DNA from: Candidatus Nezhaarchaeota archaeon WYZ-LMO8
GTDB taxonomy: Archaea; Thermoproteota; Methanomethylicia; Nezhaarchaeales; WYZ-LMO8
Direction of reading: 5' to 3'
Assembly: GCA_004347965.1 (NCBI GenBank)
Contig: QNVF01000006.1
Span: 1-40,252, forward strand
DNA length: 40,252 nucleotides
This document shows positions 10,153 to 19,951 of the stretch, piece by piece (position 1 is the first letter of the stretch; each line of letters begins with the position of its first letter). A program made the position numbers and the translations under genes. The notes beneath the pieces are model-generated. The model saw nothing but the letters and a program-made list of their open reading frames with translations. It ran no database searches and was not told the origin of the DNA.

Positions 10153-10321
10153 TAAAGCGCCACCCCAAGCTTACAGCGTTCTATACAGCATTTAACTGAG
10201 GTATTCAAAATCTCTGGCCATTTTAATTGTGCTGTCCTCACATAATTTCTTAAGCCAGACTTGTGAAAGCGTTATATATACGGTCCTATGAACCCTTCAC
10301 GAGGAGACTGAGGGATTCGAG

Positions 10322-10558
10322 ATGTTGCCGCTATCGATGAAGAGGTTTGTGGTAGCACTATGCCATAACTGTGGAGAACCTAGAGTAGTAAGGATGCCAG
10401 CAAGATCGTTCATGTGCTTTAGATGTGGTTCTAGAAACGCAGTCTCAAAGGTAAAGCTCATAGGTGCTACCGATGACATAGATGAAGCAACTTACATAGC
10501 TAAAAAGTTCAAGATGGGAAGGTATAATTCTTCGTTCTTCTCAGAGGGGCTTTCGTAG
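10322..10558 (+). CDS. Small zinc-ribbon protein (DUF1922-like)
   Basis: CHNCG...CFRCG pair; alternative start at ATG 10337. Confidence 0.7.
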   Translation: MLPLSMKRFVVALCHNCGEPRVVRMPARSFMCFRCGSRNAVSKVKLIGATDDIDEATYIAKKFKMGRYNSSFFSEGLS

Positions 10559-10584
10559 GGAGGTTTGCATAGAGGCTAGCCTTC

Positions 10585-11433
10585 ATGGCAAGACACCTGA
10601 TCATCTGTTGTGGTGCTAGAGTAGAGATAGCTGGCTCTGAAGTCATAGTCCTCGATGAACCGCTGACGAAGCGCTGCCCCTTACAGACCATAGCCTACGG
10701 TTATGATGTGATTGATAGAGAAGTTGTAAAGAGAAAAGTAGAAATGAAGATAAATAAGCTGGGTTTCGCATCTAAGGAAAGGCTCTTTATAACTGAGCCT
10801 AGAATACCCTATGGAGCTTCAGAGATCATAATGTCGTGCCTGGAGGACGGTCTATTTGACTGTGCCGTAACAGTATGTGAAGGTTCTGGAACAGTGCTAG
10901 CTTCGACTCCAGAGCTTGTTCAAATGATTGGTGCCTTTCTATCGGGGGTGGTGGAGACAACGCCTGTACCTGAAATAATTGAGAAGTTAAAAAAGAATGG
11001 TGGAATAATTCTCGACGAAATCCGAGCAGCGATAGATCAAGTGGGGGGTGTAGAGCTCGCTGCTAAGAAGGGCTATAGGAGGATAGCAGTGACAGTAGCT
11101 GGATTCAGAAGCTGGGAGATCCCAAAGATAAGAGAATTGGAAAGGAAGTACGAAGTGAATGTCACGATATTTGGCGTCTGCACAACTCGCTGTGAGCTTG
11201 GTGATCTCGAAAACCTCGCGTTATCAGACCTGTTGTGGGGCTGCAACTCAAAACTTATTAGAGAAGAGATAGCTCCTAAAGCACTATTTCAGCTAGGAGT
11301 ATCGATACCGGTCTTCGCATTAACTGAGAGGGGTAAGAGGGCTCTATTGATCCATTTAGCGAAGATGAAGGAGCCTCTTGTTGCTTTCAGAACAAAACTT
11401 CCATACTTAGTCCCTGGAAGGTCTCCTGAATGA
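10585..11433 (+). CDS. Methanogenesis marker 8 protein-like (DUF2099)
   Basis: CPL, YGASEII, DCAVTVCEGSGTV, PELVQMIG.FLSGVVETTP and IDQVGGV motifs. Confidence 0.85.
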   Translation: MARHLIICCGARVEIAGSEVIVLDEPLTKRCPLQTIAYGYDVIDREVVKRKVEMKINKLGFASKERLFITEPRIPYGASEIIMSCLEDGLFDCAVTVCEGSGTVLASTPELVQMIGAFLSGVVETTPVPEIIEKLKKNGGIILDEIRAAIDQVGGVELAAKKGYRRIAVTVAGFRSWEIPKIRELERKYEVNVTIFGVCTTRCELGDLENLALSDLLWGCNSKLIREEIAPKALFQLGVSIPVFALTERGKRALLIHLAKMKEPLVAFRTKLPYLVPGRSPE

Positions 11434-11467
11434 CGTAGTTTCATGGACTAGTAAAGCGTGAATTAGT

Positions 11468-12028
11468 ATGAGGTACCTTAAGCTAGATCTTCATACTCAT
11501 CCATTTGAAGCATTAGGTTTCCCAAGCCCTAGCATAGATGTGGTAGCCAAAATAATCAGGCAGGTAAAGAGGTTGGGTCTCGATGGCATAGCAATAACTG
11601 AACACGAGGAGAAACTCTATGGCTTTAAAGCTGCAGAAATAGCGAGAGAGTATTTCCCTGAAGTGATCATAATACCAGGCGTGGAGATTGAAGTTAATGG
11701 CATAGGTCCTGCGACACACAGGCAAGTTGTAGAGCTATACTTAAATGATAAGGTTTTCAGATTTCAAGTACATCCATACGATGAGCGCCCTGAAATACTG
11801 GTTACTTGTCAAGGTATTGAGATTAAGAACTATCTACACAAGGAAATAGACGAAGAGCTAGCCCTACAGTTAGCATCAAAGTTCAGCTTACTACCACTAA
11901 GAAACTCAGATGCGCATAGGCTCGAAGACATAGGTAAGTACTACAACGTGGTTAGTCTTGAGCTTCTATATAGCAAGAGCCTTCCTAGACCTTCTATCGC
12001 ATCTAGAAACGCTAAATCCTTTCATTGA
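11468..12028 (+). CDS. PHP-domain metal-dependent phosphoesterase
   Basis: LDLHTH, GIAITEH, IPGVEI, HP and NSDAH motifs. Confidence 0.85.
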   Translation: MRYLKLDLHTHPFEALGFPSPSIDVVAKIIRQVKRLGLDGIAITEHEEKLYGFKAAEIAREYFPEVIIIPGVEIEVNGIGPATHRQVVELYLNDKVFRFQVHPYDERPEILVTCQGIEIKNYLHKEIDEELALQLASKFSLLPLRNSDAHRLEDIGKYYNVVSLELLYSKSLPRPSIASRNAKSFH

Positions 12029-12195
12029 TATTATGGGCTCAGCATTGGAGTCAAACATCATTCTTCAGACATGCAATGGGACATCATTGCCCAAAAACTT
12101 ATATCAGGACACTTCCTCAAAAACTTATTTGAGACTCTCTAAACCTCTAAGGTAAAGCTTGGCGTGGAAGAATCGAGAAACGTGAGGTATGATTC

Positions 12196-12441
12196 ATGGA
12201 CCTGATGTTCCTCATCGGGTTATTGCTGACAGTGATTGGGGCAGTTCTCGTGGTGATTTCATCCATTAAGATGATTAGGATGAGTGGTGGGAAGTATGAA
12301 TCATCAGGAATAATATTGATAGGACCCATACCAATTGTATGGGGTACTTCTAAGAAGCTTATGGCAGTTATGGGAGTTGTGACTGCCATAGCACTACTAA
12401 TCATAGCCTTATTGTGGACTGCAAGCTTAATTGGTGGTTAA
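12196..12441 (+). CDS. DUF131 / TIGR00304-family small membrane protein
   Basis: SSGIILIGPIPIVWGT signature flanked by TM helices. Confidence 0.85.
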   Translation: MDLMFLIGLLLTVIGAVLVVISSIKMIRMSGGKYESSGIILIGPIPIVWGTSKKLMAVMGVVTAIALLIIALLWTASLIGG

Positions 12442-12442
12442 A

Positions 12443-12892
12443 GTGAGCTATGTCAAGGTAGTTTTTCTAAAAGATGTTGGAGCCTTCGTTGGTAGTGATG
12501 GCAAGATATACGGACCCTACAAATCCGGTGATGAAGCAGTAATACCAGAAGATGATGCTAAGGCTCTAGCACTTAGAGGTGCTGTGGCAAGGATTGGAGG
12601 TTACGTTATCGAGGAGGGTACTAAACCCAGTCCCGCAGCCCTTAAGAGCCTTCCATCAAAGATGGAATTCCCGCTCCTGTTCCCCATCCTAATGTCCATA
12701 GGGTTCATTCTGATAATTGTGGGTCTAATGCTCATGTCGCTTTCAGCGATGAAAGTCTCTGGTATTATAGCTATATTCCCATTTCCTCCGATAGTAATTT
12801 CAGGGCCTGAAGCTATACTGATAGCTATACTACCAATGGCCATAATCTTAACTCTCATCATCTTATTCTTATATCTAATCACGAGGTTTTAA
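12443..12892 (+). CDS. Fusion: N-terminal GINS B-domain-like module plus C-terminal DUF131-like membrane domain
   Basis: N-terminal VKVVFLKDVGAFVGSDGKIYGPYKSGDEAVIPEDDAKALALRGAV resembles the Gins51 C-terminal B-domain; C-terminal TM helices with SGIIAIFPFPPIVISG. Probable start GTG 12443 (ORF from 12431). Confidence 0.7.
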   Translation: MSYVKVVFLKDVGAFVGSDGKIYGPYKSGDEAVIPEDDAKALALRGAVARIGGYVIEEGTKPSPAALKSLPSKMEFPLLFPILMSIGFILIIVGLMLMSLSAMKVSGIIAIFPFPPIVISGPEAILIAILPMAIILTLIILFLYLITRF

Positions 12893-13476
12893 TTCTTAAA
12901 TCCTAATTGAACAATATCAGTCTTCAACAGACAGTCAATAAGCTTGGGGCTTATCACAGGTTTACCATTCACAAGTGGGTAGCTGAAGGGCAAGTAGATC
13001 TCGAGATCGCCACACTTTAAGGTTAAGCTATCAGCTACAGGGATATCACTCAGCTCTACTCCTTGAGCCACCTTGAGGGCCATGTATATCGCTCCATCTA
13101 TGGAAAATTGTCGATTACCTAGACTTCTAGCCCTAGCTCTCCTCATTTTTGATGTTATTAAAGTGAATGTCCTACCCCTAGGAGGATGATCTCCAAGTAT
13201 TCCTCCAACTACTACGCTTTCAACATCATTGAAATCTGATGGTTCTAAGAGCTTGTCAGCTCTAGGATCGAGAACTATAACTCCCTCGTTGTCGAAGAGT
13301 TCGACAGCGCTCTCTCTGTATACTTTCCCAAGTTTCTCTAACGTCTTAAATCCCCTCTTCACGTTTGTGAAAGCTAAGTTATCCTTCCCGACAATCAGTG
13401 ACGCATGCTCATACTCTATGAGGACCCACTTGCTTAAGCGAGGCTCTAAGTGTTCTATCACAAAAAGTTGACTCAA
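12889..13476 (-). CDS. SPOUT-fold SAM-dependent methyltransferase, Sfm1/DUF431-like
   Basis: FVIEHLE, W.LIEY, VLDP.A, VVGGILGDHPPRGRT and QFSIDGA motifs. Confidence 0.88.
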   Translation of the reverse strand: MSQLFVIEHLEPRLSKWVLIEYEHASLIVGKDNLAFTNVKRGFKTLEKLGKVYRESAVELFDNEGVIVLDPRADKLLEPSDFNDVESVVVGGILGDHPPRGRTFTLITSKMRRARARSLGNRQFSIDGAIYMALKVAQGVELSDIPVADSLTLKCGDLEIYLPFSYPLVNGKPVISPKLIDCLLKTDIVQLGFKN

Positions 13477-13552
13477 TAAGCTGCACCAACCTCTTTAGCT
13501 ATTACCTCAAATAAGAGACTAGCTCCCTATATCTTTACGGGCTCTTGAGCTG

Positions 13553-14431
13553 GTGAAAATGAAGTTAAAACCTGAATGTATACCATGCATATTAGACGTG
13601 AGACGACGAGAACTAGAGATGCTCGGGCTAGAGGAAGAAGAAGCATCTAAAGTAATGGTCGAGGTGACTAAGTACATGAGTAAGCTACTGAGTACGGACG
13701 TGAACGTCACCAGATTAGCATCATTGATCTACAGGAAGTTTAAGGAACTAACGCTTGAAGATCCATACTTCTGTATTCGCGAGAGGGCGTTAAGCAGGTT
13801 TAATGAAATAAAGGATTTTTGCCTTAGAATTCTTGAGGGATTTGAGGGTTACAAGAGGTTTAGTGAAGCTGTTAAACTATCTCTTTTAGGCAACAGCTTT
13901 GATTATGGTGTAGCTGAGTTTAAACCTCCAGAGCTAGGGTCCATAACTGAGCTTGTGAGCTCAATGATCATAGAGAAAGATCAAATACCTCAGCTCTACG
14001 AAACGTCAAAAGCAGCGAAAATTGTTTTCTTGTTGGATAACGTTGAGGAACTACCTTTTGATTACGTTCTTCTAAGTGAGCTTAAAAGGTTGGACTCGAA
14101 GATCACGGTCATAGCTAAGTCGGGCACGTTTCAGAACGATACTACTATAGATGACACCAAGAAGGTTGGTCTTCATAAACTAGTAGATAAGTTGATGGAT
14201 AGCGGAAGTGATGGTTCCAGTATATTCTTAGAAGAGGTGTCAGAAGAGGTCAAGAGAGACCTCATGACCTCTAACCTCATAATAGCTAAGGGGATGGCTC
14301 ACTACGAGTACATAGCAGATACACCTCTTAAAACTAAAACCTTCTTCCTCTTAAGGGCTAAGTGCAAGGTTGTAGCTAGAGAGCTTGGCGTGAACGTTGG
14401 GAGTTACGTTGTTTTTCGAGCTCTTCCTTAA
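13553..14431 (+). CDS. DUF89 / ARMT1-like damage-control phosphatase
   Basis: ECIPC, GNSFDYG, LLDNVEE, NDTT, IAKGMAHYE and LLRAKC motifs. Confidence 0.9.
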   Translation: MKMKLKPECIPCILDVRRRELEMLGLEEEEASKVMVEVTKYMSKLLSTDVNVTRLASLIYRKFKELTLEDPYFCIRERALSRFNEIKDFCLRILEGFEGYKRFSEAVKLSLLGNSFDYGVAEFKPPELGSITELVSSMIIEKDQIPQLYETSKAAKIVFLLDNVEELPFDYVLLSELKRLDSKITVIAKSGTFQNDTTIDDTKKVGLHKLVDKLMDSGSDGSSIFLEEVSEEVKRDLMTSNLIIAKGMAHYEYIADTPLKTKTFFLLRAKCKVVARELGVNVGSYVVFRALP

Positions 14432-14446
14432 ATGCTTTCAAACGGG

Positions 14447-14975
14447 GTTCAGCTCCTATACAAGTTTACGTAAGTTGATTTCATGCCACATTTTGTTCCC
14501 CTGCATCGGTCTTGGGTCTGCATCGCCCCTCGGGGGCGTTCAGGGGCACCCCTAGACCTCCACATCTTGCGCATCTTACCAACAGGTTTATACACGCTAT
14601 GATGTTTCTATCGCCTATAAAACCGCATTTGGTGCACCTCAGCACTCTACCACTAGAATCTTTAAGCCTACCTCCGCATCTAGGGCACGTAGATGATGTC
14701 TTCCTCGGATTAACATGCTAACATGTCTAATCTCAAGACCTCTCTAGAGCTTCGTAGCCTACGGTAAACTGAATCCTCCCGTAGAACCACAGAAATAGCT
14801 TCTTGTTGAAAGCACTATTACCGTTAACTCTGCTTCTAAGCTTGTTTAGGTTTTCGAGAACTACGATAGAGCTATATTCATTGGCTAGCTCTGTTACTTT
14901 TTCACTTATCCTGTGAGCGTAGTCCCATGCGATGCTCTTCATTCTTTTACCGTGTCTCTTAACTGCTCTAACGTG
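14447..14975 (-). pseudogene. tnpB: Truncated, frameshifted tnpB (IS200/IS605 family) C-terminal remnant with right end
   Basis: Fragments VKRHGKRMKSIAWDYAH..IVVLENL..RIQFTVGYEALE / VNPRKTSSTCPRCGG..LRCTKCGFIGDRNIIACINL / MKSTYVNLYRS* lie in different frames; near-tandem duplication CATGTTA-G-CATGTTA near 14711-14725. Confidence 0.88.
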
Positions 14976-15078
14976 ATGAGGTCAAAGAGCATTAAAAAGC
15001 TGGGTGTCATAGTGTCTTGTAGAGCTTCACGCGTAACACAATTAACTCTGACACTCCTACAAAATTTATGGTAAAATC

Positions 15079-15783
15079 ATGTTCTCACGTTATGCAGCTC
15101 TAGTTAAGAACATGAGGGGAGTCGTAGCATTTGACCCAGCTGAGGATATCTCACAAGATCTTAAGTGGCTCATTAGCAGGTTTAAGTATCGAGTTCTCGG
15201 TATTTCTCCATCCCTTGCAAAGAATTTGACGAGGGTTGTTAAGCCACTAGTACCCTTAGTATATCCTCATCGAGAGGTCATGGAATTCGTGGACTTCGTG
15301 TCTAAGGTCTTGAACTTAAGGCACGATATTGCTGAGGCGATATGTCTGGCCTCATGCTATGTTAGCCCCCTACTTACATTAGGGTCTAGAGCACAAAGCA
15401 TCATAAAGGAAATAGCAGTGAATGAAGTAACTTCAAAAGTTGAGATTGGTGTAAGAGATTGGAAGCTTCATCTCAGGATAGCGGACTACAGCGTTCTCGA
15501 TCTCTATGAGTGGAGTACGACTCAAGCGCAGAAGTTATGGCTTAATGACGTAAACGTGGAGGAGATAATGTCTGAGAGAGCTTTAGCAATAATGAGGGAT
15601 GAGAAGCGATATTGGCGGCTTCAAAGAGGAAGCCTAGAGCCAAGGACCTTCCTAGTCTATTTAGACCTCATACAAAGCCTTCACAAGAAGGGCATGGACC
15701 TCAAAGCCTTAACCAAGTATGATGGGAACGTGGTTTCAGCATGCTTAGCAATAAACGTCTCAGTTCTCGTGAAACCATGCTAA
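15079..15783 (+). CDS. Hypothetical protein
   Basis: 234-aa ORF with host-like codon usage; no recognisable motif. Confidence 0.7.
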   Translation: MFSRYAALVKNMRGVVAFDPAEDISQDLKWLISRFKYRVLGISPSLAKNLTRVVKPLVPLVYPHREVMEFVDFVSKVLNLRHDIAEAICLASCYVSPLLTLGSRAQSIIKEIAVNEVTSKVEIGVRDWKLHLRIADYSVLDLYEWSTTQAQKLWLNDVNVEEIMSERALAIMRDEKRYWRLQRGSLEPRTFLVYLDLIQSLHKKGMDLKALTKYDGNVVSACLAINVSVLVKPC

Positions 15784-15788
15784 GGAAG

Positions 15789-16928
15789 TTAAGATACCCT
15801 GATTTTGTAGACCCTAGCCGGTAGATTTCCATGCTTTACGCTTCTTGAATCTAAAACTTTGAGATTCACGCTCTCTAATGCCGTCTCGAAGATTTTTGGG
15901 CAACCAACTATTGCTGTTAAGATTGTGCCACTAAGATTTTGTGAGATAGCTTTTAAGAAATTCGTGTAAAGATCTTTAATGGCTTTCGGCCTACCATGTC
16001 TAATACCGTAAGGTGGATTAACAATTACGAACTTCGTGCTCAAATCACTATACGTTTCCTTCCTTGTGCAGTCTCTAACTGCAAATTGTATTGTGTCATC
16101 AACTCCTGCAGACGAAGCATTTGACAATGCTCCTTTAATGTGCTTTGGTGATATATCAAACCCATAGATTTCAAAGTGATCTCTATTAGCTTCCTCCAAT
16201 GCCTTCTCCACCTCTTCTCTATGAACTTTGGGATCGTAGAGAGGTAACTTCGTGAAAGCCATGCTCTTCCTAAAGAAGCCTGGAGGAAATCTTCTAGCCA
16301 TGAGGGCTGCCTCTATAACTATCGTCCCTCCACCACACATTGGGTCTAAGAGCCCCTCACCCTTCCATCCCGAGAACCTCAACATACATGCTGCCAAAGT
16401 AGTCTTTAAGGCCGCTGGATGATCATAGACTCTGTAATTCCTCTTGTGAAGTGATTCTCCTGTGGTGTTGACGCCTATTACGACCTCGGAATCTTTAACG
16501 TAGACATCCACCTCTACGTCAGGGTTCTTGAGGTCTACGCGGGGTCTAACACCCTTAACTTCCTTGAAGCTATCCACTATGGCTTGTCCGACCATAGCTG
16601 AAGCATCGATGCTTGTGTAATCGTGTTCTCCAACTCTTGTGGTCCTTACAGCAAAGCTTTGGTCTAATTTCATGACTTCGAAGTAGTTGATCGACTTAGC
16701 AAAGCGATAAATATCGTTTAGTCCAAGAGCTTGACCACGACCGAGCACTAACATCAATCTATGAACGCACCTTGACCTGATGTTCACTCGATACATTAAG
16801 TTAGCTTCTCCTCGAAAAAACACTCTAGCAGTCTTAACTTCGATACTACGTCCCCCTACATCCTTAATCTCTTGAGCAGCTACGTCCTCGAAACCCTCAA
16901 TCGTTGTAATCATGAACTCTAAGCTCAT
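15789..16928 (-). CDS. trm14: tRNA (guanine(6)-N2)-methyltransferase (THUMP + Rossmann MTase)
   Basis: THUMP domain, SLHKRNYRVYDHPAALK, LDPMCGGGTI and NPPYG motifs. Confidence 0.88.
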   Translation of the reverse strand: MSLEFMITTIEGFEDVAAQEIKDVGGRSIEVKTARVFFRGEANLMYRVNIRSRCVHRLMLVLGRGQALGLNDIYRFAKSINYFEVMKLDQSFAVRTTRVGEHDYTSIDASAMVGQAIVDSFKEVKGVRPRVDLKNPDVEVDVYVKDSEVVIGVNTTGESLHKRNYRVYDHPAALKTTLAACMLRFSGWKGEGLLDPMCGGGTIVIEAALMARRFPPGFFRKSMAFTKLPLYDPKVHREEVEKALEEANRDHFEIYGFDISPKHIKGALSNASSAGVDDTIQFAVRDCTRKETYSDLSTKFVIVNPPYGIRHGRPKAIKDLYTNFLKAISQNLSGTILTAIVGCPKIFETALESVNLKVLDSRSVKHGNLPARVYKIRVS

Positions 16929-17826
16929 TAAATCTAGCCTTCAAGTTTCTCTCTATTAAACTCTTAGCCAAGCACTCTATATACTGGAATCTCAACTCTC
17001 GTTTCAAAGAGTCAATTAAGGCTTCTATTAGCTTTTTGTTATTATAAGTCAAAACATGCCTTACCTCTGAAATGTTTAGGATCAGTCTACTCGGCTTTAA
17101 CTGTGAAATCTTTAGTTATTTAGGTCTTCGTTGAAACTTATTCAATAAATTATCTATGAGGTATAGCTTCGTTAAATCACAAGCTGAACTTAGTTTACCA
17201 AACTGTCCACCATGAACAAAACAAAGATAAGGTCCTAAATAAGTCTCCAAGAACGACCATGTAAACCATAATCTTAAGCATGTATAGCTAGGTTGAAAAG
17301 TATTGTTCAAGCGGTCATAGCTTCCCAACTCTAGGGTTCTGAGACATTAAATATTTCATGGTAACAAGGTTCTGAAGTTCTTCTATCCATAGTTAAAGGC
17401 TTTCTTCTGACATTCTTTATGTTATTAGAGTTTAACCTCCAGAAGACCTCTTTGTCACGTATTTGGCGTTTTTATAGCATCCTTATTATTTGGGGTTACA
17501 GCAAAAGTAGACATCTTCTGCACTATGTAATATTCTTCATTTCATTAATACTTAAACATGAGCTATATACGCATTGATGCTTCACCAATTACCAAGAGAG
17601 CTTAACGAGCTCATTTCATCAGCCCTGGTAGCATGCATACTCTAAGATATTTCATAAAACCAAGCTCACTAAAATCTTAAGTTTTATTTTAATATCATTT
17701 CTGTTTGGTTATTTTGATCATTGATTTCTAATTAATATTTGACTACGACTTTGGTGGAATAGGGTTGAGTAGCAGGTAATGTATATGTTTGGTTTGGGAA
17801 TTAAAAATGAAAATTCAGGTTGAATT

Positions 17827-19383
17827 TTAATACTTTGCTATCTCTTCTTCTGGCACATCCGGTTCTCTTCTCTTAAAGACAAGACCCAGACTTTTTATAA
17901 CTCGATAAGGTTCAAGGGCCTCTGGGGGAACTTCTTTTACTGAAACTATTACTCCTTGTTTTCTTAGTGTGTCTTGTAAAAGTGTCACGTCTAGATCTGT
18001 TGGACTAACATTTGTTTTTATTGATAGTGCAGCTGCTGTCCCAGCTGCTTGACCAGTACAAATGCTTGGTGTACAGTACCTCAATCCACCAATTGCAAAG
18101 AGCCCTGCAGAAATCACAGTCCCAGCAGCTAACAGATTAGGAATGTCTTTAGAAACAAGAGCGCGATATGGAATATCATGTGGTAGTATCTCGTATCCGA
18201 ACCTGCCAACTAACTCAAATATATCCGGAGGCATATTATTGATCGCTACGGAATCTTCGAACGCCCTTCCTTCCCGCATATCCCCGACAGTAATTACGTA
18301 CTTGCCTACAATTCTATGACCACTTAAAACTGGATATGCCGGTGTTCGCTCCACGTAAGCTTTTTCGAAGCCAGGAACGTTTTCTTTAAGAACTTTAAAT
18401 ATTGCCCAAACCTGTTTCCTCATATCTTTTTCTGCATTTGTAAGTTCTTCTACGGACCATGGAGGTTTATCATCGAATGCGTATACTGGCCCCATTACAT
18501 AAACTCTTCCAGCATTGTACACGTCAAAGATCGTTGCACAAACTAGAGCATCGTGTTTTATGTATGCGCCCTTTTCTTTTGCTTTCTTCACGATGTCCAT
18601 GCCACAATACATCTGACCCCATTGCTCTGGATTTGATAACCTGAAATTAACGAACTTCTGGTAGTCTACCCCACCAACAAAGAATGCTATCAAGGTTCCA
18701 GGATACTGACCTTTTCGCTTTCCTACTGGTATGCCTTCATCTCCCATGCATGCTGCTCCAGACTTCCATGCAACTAAGCCTGTACCAGTTGTGTCTATTA
18801 CAACTTTTCCGAGAATTGCCTTTCTACCTTCAGGTGTTTCTACTATAACTCCTCTAAGTTCGTTCTCCTCTTTTAGAACGTCAACAACTAGAGTGTGATA
18901 AAGTGTTTTTACTCCAGCTTCATCCATTAAAGTATCTAGCAACAGCTTATAGTATTCTAGATCGAATGTTACCCCCCACGCTCCCCACCATCCAACATCG
19001 GTTTCAAGTACTCTCTTTGGAATCCTATCCTTGCCTAGAAGCGAAATTAGTATCGACTTCATTCTTCCACGTTCATAAGGTGGTATTTCCTCAAATTTTC
19101 TTAGGGCTCCAGCTTCTCTCAGTCGTTTAAGAATCTCTATAATAATTCCTCCATGTAATGCGGGATCTACAAAGGTAAAAATCGGATTGTTACCTTGAGT
19201 TTGAAGACCACCTAATGAATTGAACTTCTCTAGTAAAATAGTTTTAGCACCATTTCTCGCTGAAGCTAAAGCTGCACCAATTCCAGCTGGTCCCCCGCCA
19301 CAAACGATGACATCTGCCGAAGCTAAGACGTCTAGTTTTTTAGGAGACTCATATATCTCCATAATTTCATCCTCCATCCTCAT
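17827..19383 (-). CDS. FAD-dependent oxidoreductase (HI0933/GidA-related FAD_oxidored type)
   Basis: DVIVCGGGPAGIGAALASARNGAK, IDTTGTG, IPYRALV and TGQAAGTAAAL motifs. Confidence 0.88.
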   Translation of the reverse strand: MRMEDEIMEIYESPKKLDVLASADVIVCGGGPAGIGAALASARNGAKTILLEKFNSLGGLQTQGNNPIFTFVDPALHGGIIIEILKRLREAGALRKFEEIPPYERGRMKSILISLLGKDRIPKRVLETDVGWWGAWGVTFDLEYYKLLLDTLMDEAGVKTLYHTLVVDVLKEENELRGVIVETPEGRKAILGKVVIDTTGTGLVAWKSGAACMGDEGIPVGKRKGQYPGTLIAFFVGGVDYQKFVNFRLSNPEQWGQMYCGMDIVKKAKEKGAYIKHDALVCATIFDVYNAGRVYVMGPVYAFDDKPPWSVEELTNAEKDMRKQVWAIFKVLKENVPGFEKAYVERTPAYPVLSGHRIVGKYVITVGDMREGRAFEDSVAINNMPPDIFELVGRFGYEILPHDIPYRALVSKDIPNLLAAGTVISAGLFAIGGLRYCTPSICTGQAAGTAAALSIKTNVSPTDLDVTLLQDTLRKQGVIVSVKEVPPEALEPYRVIKSLGLVFKRREPDVPEEEIAKY

Positions 19384-19951
19384 TTTGGATGTTGATTTAT
19401 TTATAAAATTTTTTACTTTGACAAATTACTGTTGATTTGATACCATATTCTCCAAGCTTCATTAAAAATATCGCATGCAAGAAAAGCTTAGAGATTGACG
19501 GGTAAAATGAAGGTTAAGGTTTAGGGATTTGATTATTCCAATCTATAAAACTTTTCCTCTTACATCGTTCCTCGTATGTAACTATAGATAGGTCAACACC
19601 TCATTTCTCCGTTTTTACCATCCTAATGGTCTCCTTAAGATAGCGTGAAGATTCCAAAATCCTATTTCCTAAAAATACATCTCAAGTACATGTGAGTTCC
19701 TTGACAGACAACCAAGAGGTTAAGCTTGTTCCTCGTGAGCTGAACCATGTGAAACAAGAACGTCGTTAAGAGCCGAAATACTGGTCCATAAGCTCTGCTT
19801 TGGATCAAGCATCAATTTGCTCTAAATATTGACATTAACTTTGACTTAAAAGTGTTTTCCCCGTCCTCATGGTCCATTACGCTTTTAAGAATGTCGAAAC
19901 CTAAATTTCTCGATAACCACTTACCAATGCAGGCCTCTAGGTGATGATCTA

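Noticed and set aside
14512..14721. 69-aa plus-strand His/Pro-rich ORF
   Set aside because: It is the antisense of the tnpB zinc-ribbon remnant
17116..17328. 70-aa minus-strand ORF in the AT-rich gap
   Set aside because: Atypical composition, no motif or clear RBS; more likely chance or eroded DNA
17590..17630. Minus-strand hairpin containing CUGAUGA (hammerhead core or C-box-like)
   Set aside because: No GAAA follows stem II and there is no stem III/cleavage triplet; K-turn geometry is non-standard and no matching D box is evident
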